64,000 nt of DNA from NCBI GenBank assembly GCA_965205015.1, contig OZ242029.1, positions 1,472,001-1,536,000 of the forward strand. Direction: 5' to 3'. A program made the translations under genes and the position numbers. Under the pieces are notes generated by a model that searched no databases, was not told the origin of the DNA, and worked only from the letters and a program-made list of their open reading frames with translations. The stretch comes from Candidatus Poribacteria bacterium (GTDB lineage Bacteria > Poribacteria > WGA-4E > WGA-3G). Position 1 is the stretch's first letter; each line of letters opens with the position of its first letter. This document shows, in pieces, positions 38,292-47,573 of the stretch.

Positions 38292-39176
38292 CTACCCGCC
38301 TTTAGAATCAGTAGATTTGACTTCATACCTCTTTAATTGAAGGGTTTTACCCGTGGTTGAAGCCTTCACTTGAGAGTGAGTTATAACTGTCAGAAGGATA
38401 TCCTCCGCTTCTTGGTGAAACTTGACAATTCCGACGTTGGGTGCTACCCACAGCGTCGTAACGGATTCACCGGGTGGATTCGCTTCCCCAGCCCGGTCGC
38501 GTGCGCCCCCATTCGCGCCATGAACGAATATTGCGACTTCTGTTGACGTCCGATACTCAATTTTCAAACAGTCTTCAAAAGTGCCAGCGGGTGTCTCAAC
38601 GTTTTCCGTCCCTAAAACCTTGCCTGTTTCAACAATAGTAAACTCACATATCGTTTCCTCAGGATCTTGCGGCGGATCAGGTGTCATCGTGACTTTGGCT
38701 TTTATCTGTGCTACGTCCCACTTTTCGTCGAAGGTAACAGACGTTGGAAGCACATAAAATGGGTCTTGTGCCTCTACCTCAATGTCGTAGAGGAGATCGA
38801 AATTCGCCTCATGTATTTTGCCGAAGACCTCTACCTCTTTGGCAAGACGCGCCTTGACCGCTTTCTCTACATCATCACCGACCCAGAACGTAACTTGCTC
38901 TTCACCAACTCGATAGAGATGTGGGTGGATATGATAGTCATAATCCGCCCAATCCTCTAAAGCAGGTTCATAACTGAAGGCGTGATACGTCTCTCCGTCG
39001 ATATCTTTGTTCTCAATGACACGACGTGTTAATTCGTTTCCGTCTTGGTCTTCATAAACCCAGTAACTTCCGAGCGTGTGTGGAAAATAGGTATCAGCCC
39101 CTTCTTTCCCCACCAGTGTTGCACTAAAACCCAAAATGAGCGACAAACTAAAAATGACACGAAATCTTTTCAACAT
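38292..39176 (-). CDS. Secreted hypothetical protein with DUF3108-like beta domain
   Basis: Signal peptide; YFPHTLGSYWVY ... ENVETPAGTFEDCLKIEY ... LWVAPNVGIVK. Confidence 0.65.
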   Translation of the reverse strand: MLKRFRVIFSLSLILGFSATLVGKEGADTYFPHTLGSYWVYEDQDGNELTRRVIENKDIDGETYHAFSYEPALEDWADYDYHIHPHLYRVGEEQVTFWVGDDVEKAVKARLAKEVEVFGKIHEANFDLLYDIEVEAQDPFYVLPTSVTFDEKWDVAQIKAKVTMTPDPPQDPEETICEFTIVETGKVLGTENVETPAGTFEDCLKIEYRTSTEVAIFVHGANGGARDRAGEANPPGESVTTLWVAPNVGIVKFHQEAEDILLTVITHSQVKASTTGKTLQLKRYEVKSTDSKGG

Positions 39177-39239
39177 GATAGATTCCTCGAATTTTTCGTT
39201 TTTTAACCTAATGCTCTGTCAGGATTATTTTGAGAGGTT

Positions 39240-39270
39240 GTAGGTTGGGTTGAACGCAGTGAAACCCAAC
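39240..39270 (+). repeat. GTAG-type REP palindrome
   Basis: GTAG-GTTGGGTT-GAACGCAGTGA-AACCCAAC. Confidence 0.7.
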
Positions 39271-39567
39271 GTATTCTGCCAATCTAATCTATCAGCGTAG
39301 AGGTGACAGAACACGAACCTATAGGTAGAAGCGATTTTCAAGCGTGCTTCCTGAAATGAATTGCTTCAATTCCCACCGCGCATTTTGAGGTTGTCGTTAC
39401 TACAAACGAGTTTGAAAAAAGTTGCATTTTATTTTAATTTTAAATTTTCAGAATACTTACAATCCCATGAAATTTCACTAACGAAAGTCTCTACATGTTT
39501 TCGGACTTTATGGTAACCTCTATCCAACCGCAACGAGATATACACAAATCTACTGAATCCCGCCGCG

Positions 39568-41019
39568 TTACTTAACTTCGCTCATCAGAAACGAGACCTG
39601 TGCGATAATAAAGAAGAGTAGATTAAAGAGCACCAACAGACCGACTTGGGATAACACACTCCGATAGGAAATCTGCTCCGAAAAGACCGGCACAGCATTC
39701 GGATCCACAGGTTTCTGGGATAACCCTTCTCTCACAGGATAGATATGGAGGCTCTCCGGGTCACTTCGGTCTTCTGTTTTAACGAAGTCTATGAATGTCT
39801 GTCGGTAGCGACGCGCCTGTTTGACGAAATTCATATAACCGACGATACTCGTGTTCGCAAGCCCCTCCATCGCATACTGGAAAGTCGCTATCGGCGAGAT
39901 TTGGGTGAGGTCGCGGGCGAGTTGCACCTGCTGAAGCTGCCGGTCGATGTGTCCATCGGCAATTTGTGTGTCCGTATCGTTGATTGCTGTGAAGTATTCC
40001 GCCCAGAGACGTGTCACGGAAATTCTTTCAACGGAAGGTGATTTTTTTAGCTTCTTTGGGGACCCCCGTTGCCATTCGTCCTCGATCTGGTCTAATTGTG
40101 CCCGTCTTTGCATTGAAATCTCATCAACGGATGGAATCGGATTCAGATTACTGACAAAGGTGCCAAGTAAACTCGGAAAAACAAATGCCAAACAGACCCA
40201 AGTTAACAAGAGCCACACCAAACTTGTAATCGCATTTGAAACGCGACTTGAAAAAAACAGCCCAAGAAAAATAAAGACAGAGATGTGCAACGCAAAGAGT
40301 CCGACCATACCCAAAATTCTCAGCCAATCCGCAGCATCAAATGGAATGCTGCCAATGAGGCGAATGATTAAGAGGTTCATGAGGACACCCATGACCAGTG
40401 GTAGAAAGACTGTCACAAACGCGCCGAGATATTTCCCTAACAATACCTGTCCGCGCGAGATAGCGTTCGACATTATCAGGCTCAACGTGCCGCGCATCCG
40501 TTCCCCAGCGATAGCATCAAACGTGAACAAGATCGCAAAGAAACTCATCAGCACACCGATGAAGACCCAGTTGATTTTGACCCTCCCTGTCGAATTGCTG
40601 TCGGAACCTACGACTTCATACTCCAATCTCAATGGATGTCGCCATGCGTAATCTTCATCCTCAACACCGCTACTTCGACTAATATTGTAATCGCTCTTCA
40701 ATTTAATAGAACGCGATACGACTTCATCAACGCCACCGGCACAGAATATCAGACGACTGGGACGTTTCGGGATATCCCCAGGTCCCCTCAGCGCTAACTC
40801 CGCTAAACTTACGTCCGCTTGCTCTTTAATATGCTTCCTATTTTGTCGCACCCGTTCGTTGTAGCCATTAACCTGCGTCGTATACCCATCATCGCCGAGG
40901 CTATAGATCAGCGCATTCGCTACAAATAAAACAGGCAGCAGGATTATCATCAAAGCGAACCGTAGCGTCGTGAGATTGTGATGAATTTCTTTTTTTGCAA
41001 TGTGTAAAATCATTTTCAA
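39568..41019 (-). CDS. ABC-2-type transporter permease (B copy 1)
   Basis: HIAKKE, FDAIAGERMRGTL, LLGK. Confidence 0.85.
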   Translation of the reverse strand: MKMILHIAKKEIHHNLTTLRFALMIILLPVLFVANALIYSLGDDGYTTQVNGYNERVRQNRKHIKEQADVSLAELALRGPGDIPKRPSRLIFCAGGVDEVVSRSIKLKSDYNISRSSGVEDEDYAWRHPLRLEYEVVGSDSNSTGRVKINWVFIGVLMSFFAILFTFDAIAGERMRGTLSLIMSNAISRGQVLLGKYLGAFVTVFLPLVMGVLMNLLIIRLIGSIPFDAADWLRILGMVGLFALHISVFIFLGLFFSSRVSNAITSLVWLLLTWVCLAFVFPSLLGTFVSNLNPIPSVDEISMQRRAQLDQIEDEWQRGSPKKLKKSPSVERISVTRLWAEYFTAINDTDTQIADGHIDRQLQQVQLARDLTQISPIATFQYAMEGLANTSIVGYMNFVKQARRYRQTFIDFVKTEDRSDPESLHIYPVREGLSQKPVDPNAVPVFSEQISYRSVLSQVGLLVLFNLLFFIIAQVSFLMSEVK

Positions 41020-41026
41020 TAGTCCT

Positions 41027-41103
41027 CAGCAATCAGCAGTCAGCAGTCAGCAAGATAGTAGCCAGCCATTTTTCCGACAACTGACGACTGACAACCGACA
41101 ACC
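41027..41103. repeat. Heptamer tandem repeats in opposing orientation
   Basis: CAGCAAT CAGCAGT CAGCAGT CAGC ... CCGACAA CTGACGA CTGACAA CCGACAA. Confidence 0.7.
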
Positions 41104-41107
41104 ATTT

Positions 41108-42634
41108 CTAACTCATATCATATCGTAGGAAGGACACATAAGCCACCATGAATAGGACGATATTCCATGCGAATAAAATCAGAATATCCACGGAAGCGCG
41201 CGCGAAACTTTCTGAGATGGAGAGCCTTTTATGTTTAAAAACAGGCAGATCTGCCAAGTCCGCAACCCCCTTATCTGTGGAAAACCATGCCCGCGAAGAA
41301 AACGCTTCTTTATCCTTCAGATATTCGACAATCTCACGTTTATAGGCTCTGGAATCCTGAATAAAATCGTTATAACTCTGCCGGTCGGTTCCTGCTATTG
41401 TCCCGACAGCGAAGTGATATACGTCTGCGAACGAGATACGGGAGAGCGCGTCTGCGAGTTTAGCATTCCGCTCTCGTTCTTCGGCAGGTTTGTTGAGAAT
41501 TTCCTCCGCTTTACTCGCATATTCACTCCGAAGCCGCTCTTGATACCCTAAAAGTTCTTGGAAGATAGTGGTATCCGCTTTAGTAACATTTGTGACGCTA
41601 TAACGCCTGAGTCTGAAATAGCCTCCCGTATGGGAACTCGAACCTAACCCCGTTGAACTCGTCTCAGGTTCCCAAACAATTGACGCTTGCAAATTGTCAT
41701 AGCCTCTCTGTTGGAAGTAGGCATCCCGCTCTTTTTTGTACTCGTCCCAAACATCAAAGGCAGGTTGAAGAAATGTCCCTTCAGATTGCGACACATACGG
41801 CGAGAATTTGTCCACTGCAAACGTTACAACATTCGCATGCACACTCGTCAGGACCACCCAGATAAACATGGAAAGGATTAAGGTCGTTGCAGCTGTCTTC
41901 GTCCAAACTGACAGGAGCAATCCCAGAAGATACCACGTCGACACGTACAACAATGAGACCCCAAACATCAGGATGATATGCGTAATATCGTTTCCATCAA
42001 ACCCGGTAACTGGAGAAGAAACAGCGATGAGGAGTGCCACGATTAAACTCACCAAAACGATCGGGAACAGCGACAGCATCCCACCGAGATATTTTCCCAA
42101 AACGACTGTATCCCTCGGTATCGAATTGGACAATACAAGCTTCAGCGTGCCGTCTTCCCTCTCTCCCGAAATCGTATTGTAAGCGAACAGAATTGCCAAC
42201 GCGCTCAGCACGATCTTGAAGATGAAAACCACATCAACTGTCAGGAACATCGCAAGGAAGGGGTTGTCTGAGCCTCGTTTCTGTGTCGGTGCCCCCCACA
42301 TAGGGGAGGAGAATTCAAAGATAGGCTTTCCCAATTCAACGGTGACCGTATTTGCCCCCTCATTCTCCGCTCCGACGTTAAAGATACTCAACGGATTCGG
42401 TTTTCGGTGCGCTTTCGGTTTGATGTCGACATAGAGATCCCATTCCCGCGCTTCCACCTCCGCCTCCCGGACAGCGGTATTGTACCCCGACAAACGCTTC
42501 TCATAATCGTCCACTTGGACGAAAACGGCAACAGCGGTTGAAAGCACACATACAATAAACCCAATCATGAAGCGGGATGTCAACACATTCGAGACGAATT
42601 CTCGTTGGATAACCAGCCAAAGTGTCTGCATCAA
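41108..42634 (-). CDS. ABC-2-type transporter permease (A copy 1)
   Basis: YNTISGEREDGTLKLVLSN, ends FLRYDMS. Confidence 0.85.
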   Translation of the reverse strand: MMQTLWLVIQREFVSNVLTSRFMIGFIVCVLSTAVAVFVQVDDYEKRLSGYNTAVREAEVEAREWDLYVDIKPKAHRKPNPLSIFNVGAENEGANTVTVELGKPIFEFSSPMWGAPTQKRGSDNPFLAMFLTVDVVFIFKIVLSALAILFAYNTISGEREDGTLKLVLSNSIPRDTVVLGKYLGGMLSLFPIVLVSLIVALLIAVSSPVTGFDGNDITHIILMFGVSLLYVSTWYLLGLLLSVWTKTAATTLILSMFIWVVLTSVHANVVTFAVDKFSPYVSQSEGTFLQPAFDVWDEYKKERDAYFQQRGYDNLQASIVWEPETSSTGLGSSSHTGGYFRLRRYSVTNVTKADTTIFQELLGYQERLRSEYASKAEEILNKPAEERERNAKLADALSRISFADVYHFAVGTIAGTDRQSYNDFIQDSRAYKREIVEYLKDKEAFSSRAWFSTDKGVADLADLPVFKHKRLSISESFARASVDILILFAWNIVLFMVAYVSFLRYDMS

Positions 42635-42661
42635 GGCACCTCCGATAGTAGGTTTCGGTTC

Positions 42662-42723
42662 GTAGTAGGGCGATTCATCGCCCGTTTGTCCCGCGAAGGA
42701 TGCGCAATGAATTGCGCTACTAC
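42662..42723. repeat. Inverted pair of GTAG-type REP palindromes
   Basis: GTAGTAGGGCGATTCATCGCCC ... GCGCAATGAATTGCGCTACTAC. Confidence 0.75.
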
Positions 42724-42792
42724 AAACAACGATGAACCACCCTCAACTATTTATTCTCCATTGATCGCTCAGATTGCATATCCTGCAGATGC

Positions 42793-43602
42793 CTATTCAT
42801 AAACGATTGTCCGTCGCTTAATATCCCCCCAAGTGGTGGCAATTTTGTCTCTTGATGAAACCGCGAGAAAGTCTTTCATTGCTTCCGTAATTTCGGCTTC
42901 GGTGAGGGCACGTCGCCAGACACCCACTTCGTCAATAGAACCGTTTCTGAAGATATATCCCGGATGGCCTACCGCGCATCCAATGCGCAGATCTGAGTCA
43001 TTAGTTCCCATGAATTCAAACTCCTGCTCGCCATCAGAACGGATTACGCCATCCAGATAGATTCTCTTGGTCTTACCATCGTAAGTTCCTGCGATGTGAT
43101 GCCAGCTTTTATTTTCCATGGGTCCCGAGGTGATGAATCTCTTCTCCCCCCGACCTTCACCCAAGATCATGCCGATCTTTGGACCCTTGAATTCAATATG
43201 ACTTTCAAAGAACCCCATGCTGTAGGACCGCTTCTGATGAATCGGGTTTTGACTGCCTCTATCAAGCCACGCTCCCCAAGCCTTTTCCCAATCTTCATGA
43301 TATACCCAAGCCATCATTGTTATCTCATCTTCTATTTTTAGAAGGTCGTCCGCCGGGATATTGACGCACTCATCGCCTTCTGCTGCAGCGGCAATATGAA
43401 TCGCATCTCCATACTTGCCTTTAACAAAATCTACATTGGCGACGACATCGGCATGGAGATCATTGCCAGAGGCATCCAGAATCTTCTTGCCCTTCACGTT
43501 GTCAAAGGTAAAATAAAAAACAAGGTCATCCTCCAGTTCAGCAGTCGCTTGGCTTGTTGTGAATAATAGTGCAGCGATGAAAAGAAATGCTATCGATTTC
43601 AT
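42793..43602 (-). CDS. Secreted LamG domain protein with conserved C-terminal motif
   Basis: Signal peptide, DASGN, GKYG, WHHIAGTYDG, IDEVGVW; ends LAVSSRDKIATTWGDIK. Confidence 0.9.
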   Translation of the reverse strand: MKSIAFLFIAALLFTTSQATAELEDDLVFYFTFDNVKGKKILDASGNDLHADVVANVDFVKGKYGDAIHIAAAAEGDECVNIPADDLLKIEDEITMMAWVYHEDWEKAWGAWLDRGSQNPIHQKRSYSMGFFESHIEFKGPKIGMILGEGRGEKRFITSGPMENKSWHHIAGTYDGKTKRIYLDGVIRSDGEQEFEFMGTNDSDLRIGCAVGHPGYIFRNGSIDEVGVWRRALTEAEITEAMKDFLAVSSRDKIATTWGDIKRRTIVYE

Positions 43603-43634
43603 TGATACTTCCTCCCAGAGATTTCAAAATCCAA

Positions 43635-44438
43635 TTAGTCAGCAACTGCCCTCTGCTTCACATCGCCCCAAGTGGCGGCAACCTTGTCTTCCGGTGAAAC
43701 TACGAGGAAACCTTTCATCGCCTTCTCAATTTCCGCCTGAGAGAGCGCACGTCGCCAGACACCCACTTCGTCAATAGAGCCATTCTTGAAGGTATACTGT
43801 GGATGGTTTTTGGTACATCCGATGCGAAGGTCTATGTCATTGGCCCCACTGAATTCAAATGCTCTGTCAACGTTGGAGAGGATTTCGCCATTCAAATAGA
43901 TCTTTGCGGTCTTACCATCGTAAGTCCCAGCAATGTGGTGCCAGTTTTTATCTACCATTGCCCCCGTGGTGTTGAAGCCATACACGGCTTGGATTCCGCC
44001 TAAACGCATTCCAATATTTGGGCCCTTGAATGCCCCGACATCATTGATGAGTCCCATACTGTAGCCCTTCTTCTCCTCACCCAAAACATAACTACCCTTG
44101 TCAAACCACATTCCTGAATTCTTATCCCAATCTTCATTGAATACCCAAGCCATCATCGTTATCTTGTCTTCGAGTTTTAACAGATCATCCGTGGGGATAT
44201 GGACGCACTCATCGTCTTCCGCTACAGCGGCAATATGAAGCGCATTCCCATATTTGCCTTTGACAAAATCTACATTTGCGATGATTTCAGCATCAAGATC
44301 ATTGCCAGAGGCATCAAGAACCCTCTTACCCTTCACGTTGTCAAAGGAAAAAAACACAACCAGATCTTTATCGAGTCCCGCAAAGACTTGGCTCCCTGCA
44401 AATAGTACAAGAATCAAAGGAAATAGTATCCGTTTCAT
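43635..44438 (-). CDS. Secreted LamG domain protein (paralogue of 42793-43602)
   Basis: Same motifs; ends LVVSPEDKVAATWGDVK; ATGA overlap with the upstream 997-aa gene. Confidence 0.9.
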   Translation of the reverse strand: MKRILFPLILVLFAGSQVFAGLDKDLVVFFSFDNVKGKRVLDASGNDLDAEIIANVDFVKGKYGNALHIAAVAEDDECVHIPTDDLLKLEDKITMMAWVFNEDWDKNSGMWFDKGSYVLGEEKKGYSMGLINDVGAFKGPNIGMRLGGIQAVYGFNTTGAMVDKNWHHIAGTYDGKTAKIYLNGEILSNVDRAFEFSGANDIDLRIGCTKNHPQYTFKNGSIDEVGVWRRALSQAEIEKAMKGFLVVSPEDKVAATWGDVKQRAVAD

Positions 44439-47428
44439 TTTTTCTCCTCCAATGGATATTGATGTGGAACGATTTCAACAATTTTATCTCCAGCGTTCGC
44501 CTCGAAAAAGGCGGCAACATCATCAATCATCTCAGTCTTGATTTCATGTCTGGTATTCTCGTAGGTAACAAATTGCGCAGGAATACCAAGTGCCGTGTAT
44601 ATCGCCTGACTCATGTCCCATCGATCCGGCATCATTTTCGCGCCAATGAGGCTTTTGACCAACTCGGCATCCACCTCATCATAAGCATCCGGATACGGAA
44701 GGGTATCATTGTCATCCAAGGCACCCATGTAGATGTACTGGGAGACTTTTTTATACGCTGCTTCATCAAAGTCAACCCCAGCGATCTCTTTCACGTCCGC
44801 AATTCCAACCGGGTAACGCATCGTCGTACCGTTCCATTGACCCGTTGGGAAGGTCGGAATGCAGTTGATGCCACCCGTTGCGACAGCGCGAACAACCGTT
44901 GGGTGTAAAATGGTAAACCGATTTGTAAATGTCCCGGAAGCTGAAAACCCGTTCATGAAGACCTTCTCATCCACCTTGACATCATTGTGTCGTAGGAGCC
45001 TTTGGGCATGATTTATCATTCTGATGAGTTGCAAGTCGATCCGCCTAAGTCCTCCTTCTTGAATCAGGAGGGTATCTCTATCTAAAGCGTGCGTGTAGAT
45101 ATGTCCCCGATCTCCGCCGGGTCTCGGAAAAACTGGAACGAGCAATGGGACTTTCAGTTTTCTTGCGATTGCAGTCGCATGCGATCCCTCCGCTAATTCC
45201 TTTGTACTCCTATCGTGGATTTTAAAATTGTCACTCAGTGTTCCCGTGTTGCAAGGCTCTATCAGTAGATGAACCGGTTTGCTGGAATCCATTCCTCGTG
45301 GAACGAACAGATAATACGGAAAAGCAAATCCTTCTGTGAGGTCGGCTGAAATGCGATAAAGCAATTCATTCGAGAGATCGAGTTCTTCAATATCTGTTAC
45401 ATGGATAGGTGTCATATCCACAAAAGTAGGCGTAACTGGATCGGGACCTTCCGTTGTAAATGTTAGGATATACTCTTCCAGCGGAACGCCAGTCATATTC
45501 CTGTAACCTTCATTGCGTCCCAATATAAGTCTATAGATTTTTGAAGGTGATAGACGTTGATTAAACGAAATAACGAGGGTTGTATTGTCATCTTCCCACT
45601 GGATATCACCGAGTGGAACCCCGGCAAACCCGACATCCATTCCCTGCATCCTCTCGCTGAAGACGATTCGTATCTCTTTCAGATCCGTAGAAACTTTTTT
45701 AGATACGTCGGGAATAGTTCTTTCTACTTTTGGCGGTGTTGTCCCTTGTTGCGCCAAATCGGCATTTTCGGCGACTTGCCATTTCTCAATAACCGCTTCG
45801 TCCCGGTAACTATTTTGCCATCTATATGTCCACGTGTTATCAATCTGCAAGGGAAGGTATTCTTCTCCTTTGGCTGGAACATTGTATTCAAGCAGCTCCG
45901 CCTCCGTAACGACACCGTTGGCATGTTCATAGCGCATTTTCACGAGTCCAACACCTTTAGCGAACCATAAATAACGCGTGCCGTTGACAAGCGAACTCTT
46001 GCGCTCAGCACCGGCATTAGCACCTGTGAAGACGGTTTTATGCTTCAGGCATATTGTGAAAATGTCCGCGGAGACATCCACGGCTTCATAGCCCTCCAAG
46101 GTTGTCTCCACCTGTGAATCCCAATCCCCTTCCTGGGTCCAAGTATCTCCAACAACCAGGGGAAATCTAAATAGGTCTGTTGGATGGTGCACAAGATAAC
46201 GGACCAACATGTACCTCGGCGATGGATCGTTTTTCCCCATTCCACGAGTTTGATAACTTGCGGAGGTCAAAGCCGTATCGGTTTCCCTGAGCGTAACAGT
46301 GCCATCCGCCAAATGTTGTCCGGTTTCCGTAGCAGCGTTGGCACTTAGAACAATGGTGCGTTCATCTGAATATTGATACGGGTTAATTTCAACTATATCG
46401 GCACCCGAATTCGCCTCAAAAAACGCGACGACATCATCAATCATCTCCCGCCTGATTTCATGTCGAGTATTCTCATAAGTAACAAATTGCGCGGGAATTT
46501 CAAGTGTCTTGTATATCGACTGACTCACGTCCCACCGATCCGGCATCATTTTCGCGCCGATGAGGCTTTTGACTAACTCGGCATCTACTTCATCATAAGC
46601 ATCCCGGTACGGAACGGTATCGTTGTTATCCAACGCACCCATATAAATGTATTGGGAGACACGTTTATATGCCGCTTCGTCAAAGTCAATCCCGGTGATC
46701 TCTTTTACGTCCGCTATGCCGACGGGATAACGCATTGGGGTCCCGTTCCATTGATCTGTTGGGAAGGTCAGAATGCAGTTGACACCCCCCGTCGCGACGG
46801 CTCGGACAATCTTTGGGTGCAAAATCGCAAACCGATTCGTAAACGTCCCAGAAGCTGAAAATCCGTTCATGAAAACTCGCTCATTTATCTTCATGTTGTT
46901 GTGCCGCAGGAGCCCTTGGGCATGATTTATCATTTTGATCAGCTGCAGGTCAATTCTCTTGAGATCTCCGTCCGCAATCAGAAGGGTGTCTCTATCTAAG
47001 GAATGCGTATAGATTCGCCACCGCTCTCCACCCGGTCTCGGGAAAACAGGCACCAGTAGCGGAACTCCTAACTTGCGTGCGATTTTGTTAGCGTGGGAGG
47101 ATTTTTTTAATGCCAAGGACTTTGCTTTGCTATCATGGCGTTCAAAATCGTCACTGGTCGTTCCTGTATTACACGGTTCTACGAATAGATGAACCGGTTT
47201 GCTGGAATCCATCCCTTCTGGGACAAACAGATAATATGGGAAGGAAAATCCGGCTGCAGGGTTTGCTGATACACGTGCAGCTAACCCCTTTGAAAGATCC
47301 AGGTTCCCGGTATCTTCAATGTGAACAAAATCAATGGGTAGTGCTGTATCTTGCTGCGCCAAAAGGGTGGCTGATGCCCCGCACAAAAAGATCATTAACA
47401 CGCCCAACAGGATAAAAGGGGTTGCCAT
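44435..47428 (-). CDS. Secreted protein with two alpha/beta-hydrolase domains flanking a shared beta domain and an Ig-like (Big_5-like) domain
   Basis: Signal peptide; two near-identical domains each with GFSASG elbow, GALD(N/D)ND and TRHEI; central domain shared with the M61 proteins; PPKVERTIP...IRIVFSERM. Confidence 0.75.
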   Translation of the reverse strand: MATPFILLGVLMIFLCGASATLLAQQDTALPIDFVHIEDTGNLDLSKGLAARVSANPAAGFSFPYYLFVPEGMDSSKPVHLFVEPCNTGTTSDDFERHDSKAKSLALKKSSHANKIARKLGVPLLVPVFPRPGGERWRIYTHSLDRDTLLIADGDLKRIDLQLIKMINHAQGLLRHNNMKINERVFMNGFSASGTFTNRFAILHPKIVRAVATGGVNCILTFPTDQWNGTPMRYPVGIADVKEITGIDFDEAAYKRVSQYIYMGALDNNDTVPYRDAYDEVDAELVKSLIGAKMMPDRWDVSQSIYKTLEIPAQFVTYENTRHEIRREMIDDVVAFFEANSGADIVEINPYQYSDERTIVLSANAATETGQHLADGTVTLRETDTALTSASYQTRGMGKNDPSPRYMLVRYLVHHPTDLFRFPLVVGDTWTQEGDWDSQVETTLEGYEAVDVSADIFTICLKHKTVFTGANAGAERKSSLVNGTRYLWFAKGVGLVKMRYEHANGVVTEAELLEYNVPAKGEEYLPLQIDNTWTYRWQNSYRDEAVIEKWQVAENADLAQQGTTPPKVERTIPDVSKKVSTDLKEIRIVFSERMQGMDVGFAGVPLGDIQWEDDNTTLVISFNQRLSPSKIYRLILGRNEGYRNMTGVPLEEYILTFTTEGPDPVTPTFVDMTPIHVTDIEELDLSNELLYRISADLTEGFAFPYYLFVPRGMDSSKPVHLLIEPCNTGTLSDNFKIHDRSTKELAEGSHATAIARKLKVPLLVPVFPRPGGDRGHIYTHALDRDTLLIQEGGLRRIDLQLIRMINHAQRLLRHNDVKVDEKVFMNGFSASGTFTNRFTILHPTVVRAVATGGINCIPTFPTGQWNGTTMRYPVGIADVKEIAGVDFDEAAYKKVSQYIYMGALDDNDTLPYPDAYDEVDAELVKSLIGAKMMPDRWDMSQAIYTALGIPAQFVTYENTRHEIKTEMIDDVAAFFEANAGDKIVEIVPHQYPLEEKK

Positions 47429-47498
47429 TTTTTATCTTCTCCTAATTTCGCTTGAAAACCGATGAAATCTCAAGGGACAATTTGAAAAATATATATTA

Positions 47499-47556
47499 CC
47501 TTGTGACGCTATGTCGTATTTTAAGGGCGGAAAGGTTGCATAAAATGAATTTTATG
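47499..47556 (-). promoter_or_regulatory. Putative ECF-sigma promoter, copy 2
   Basis: Minus strand CATTTTATGCAACCTTTCCGCCCTTAAAATACGACATAGCGTCACAAGG, nearly identical to 56612-56668. Confidence 0.7.
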
Positions 47557-47573
47557 CCAATTTTTTTGCTAAC

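Noticed and set aside
35150-42634. Near-identical blocks between permease paralogues as a DGR or assembly artefact
   Set aside because: Differences involve all bases and whole loops, consistent with ordinary tandem duplication.
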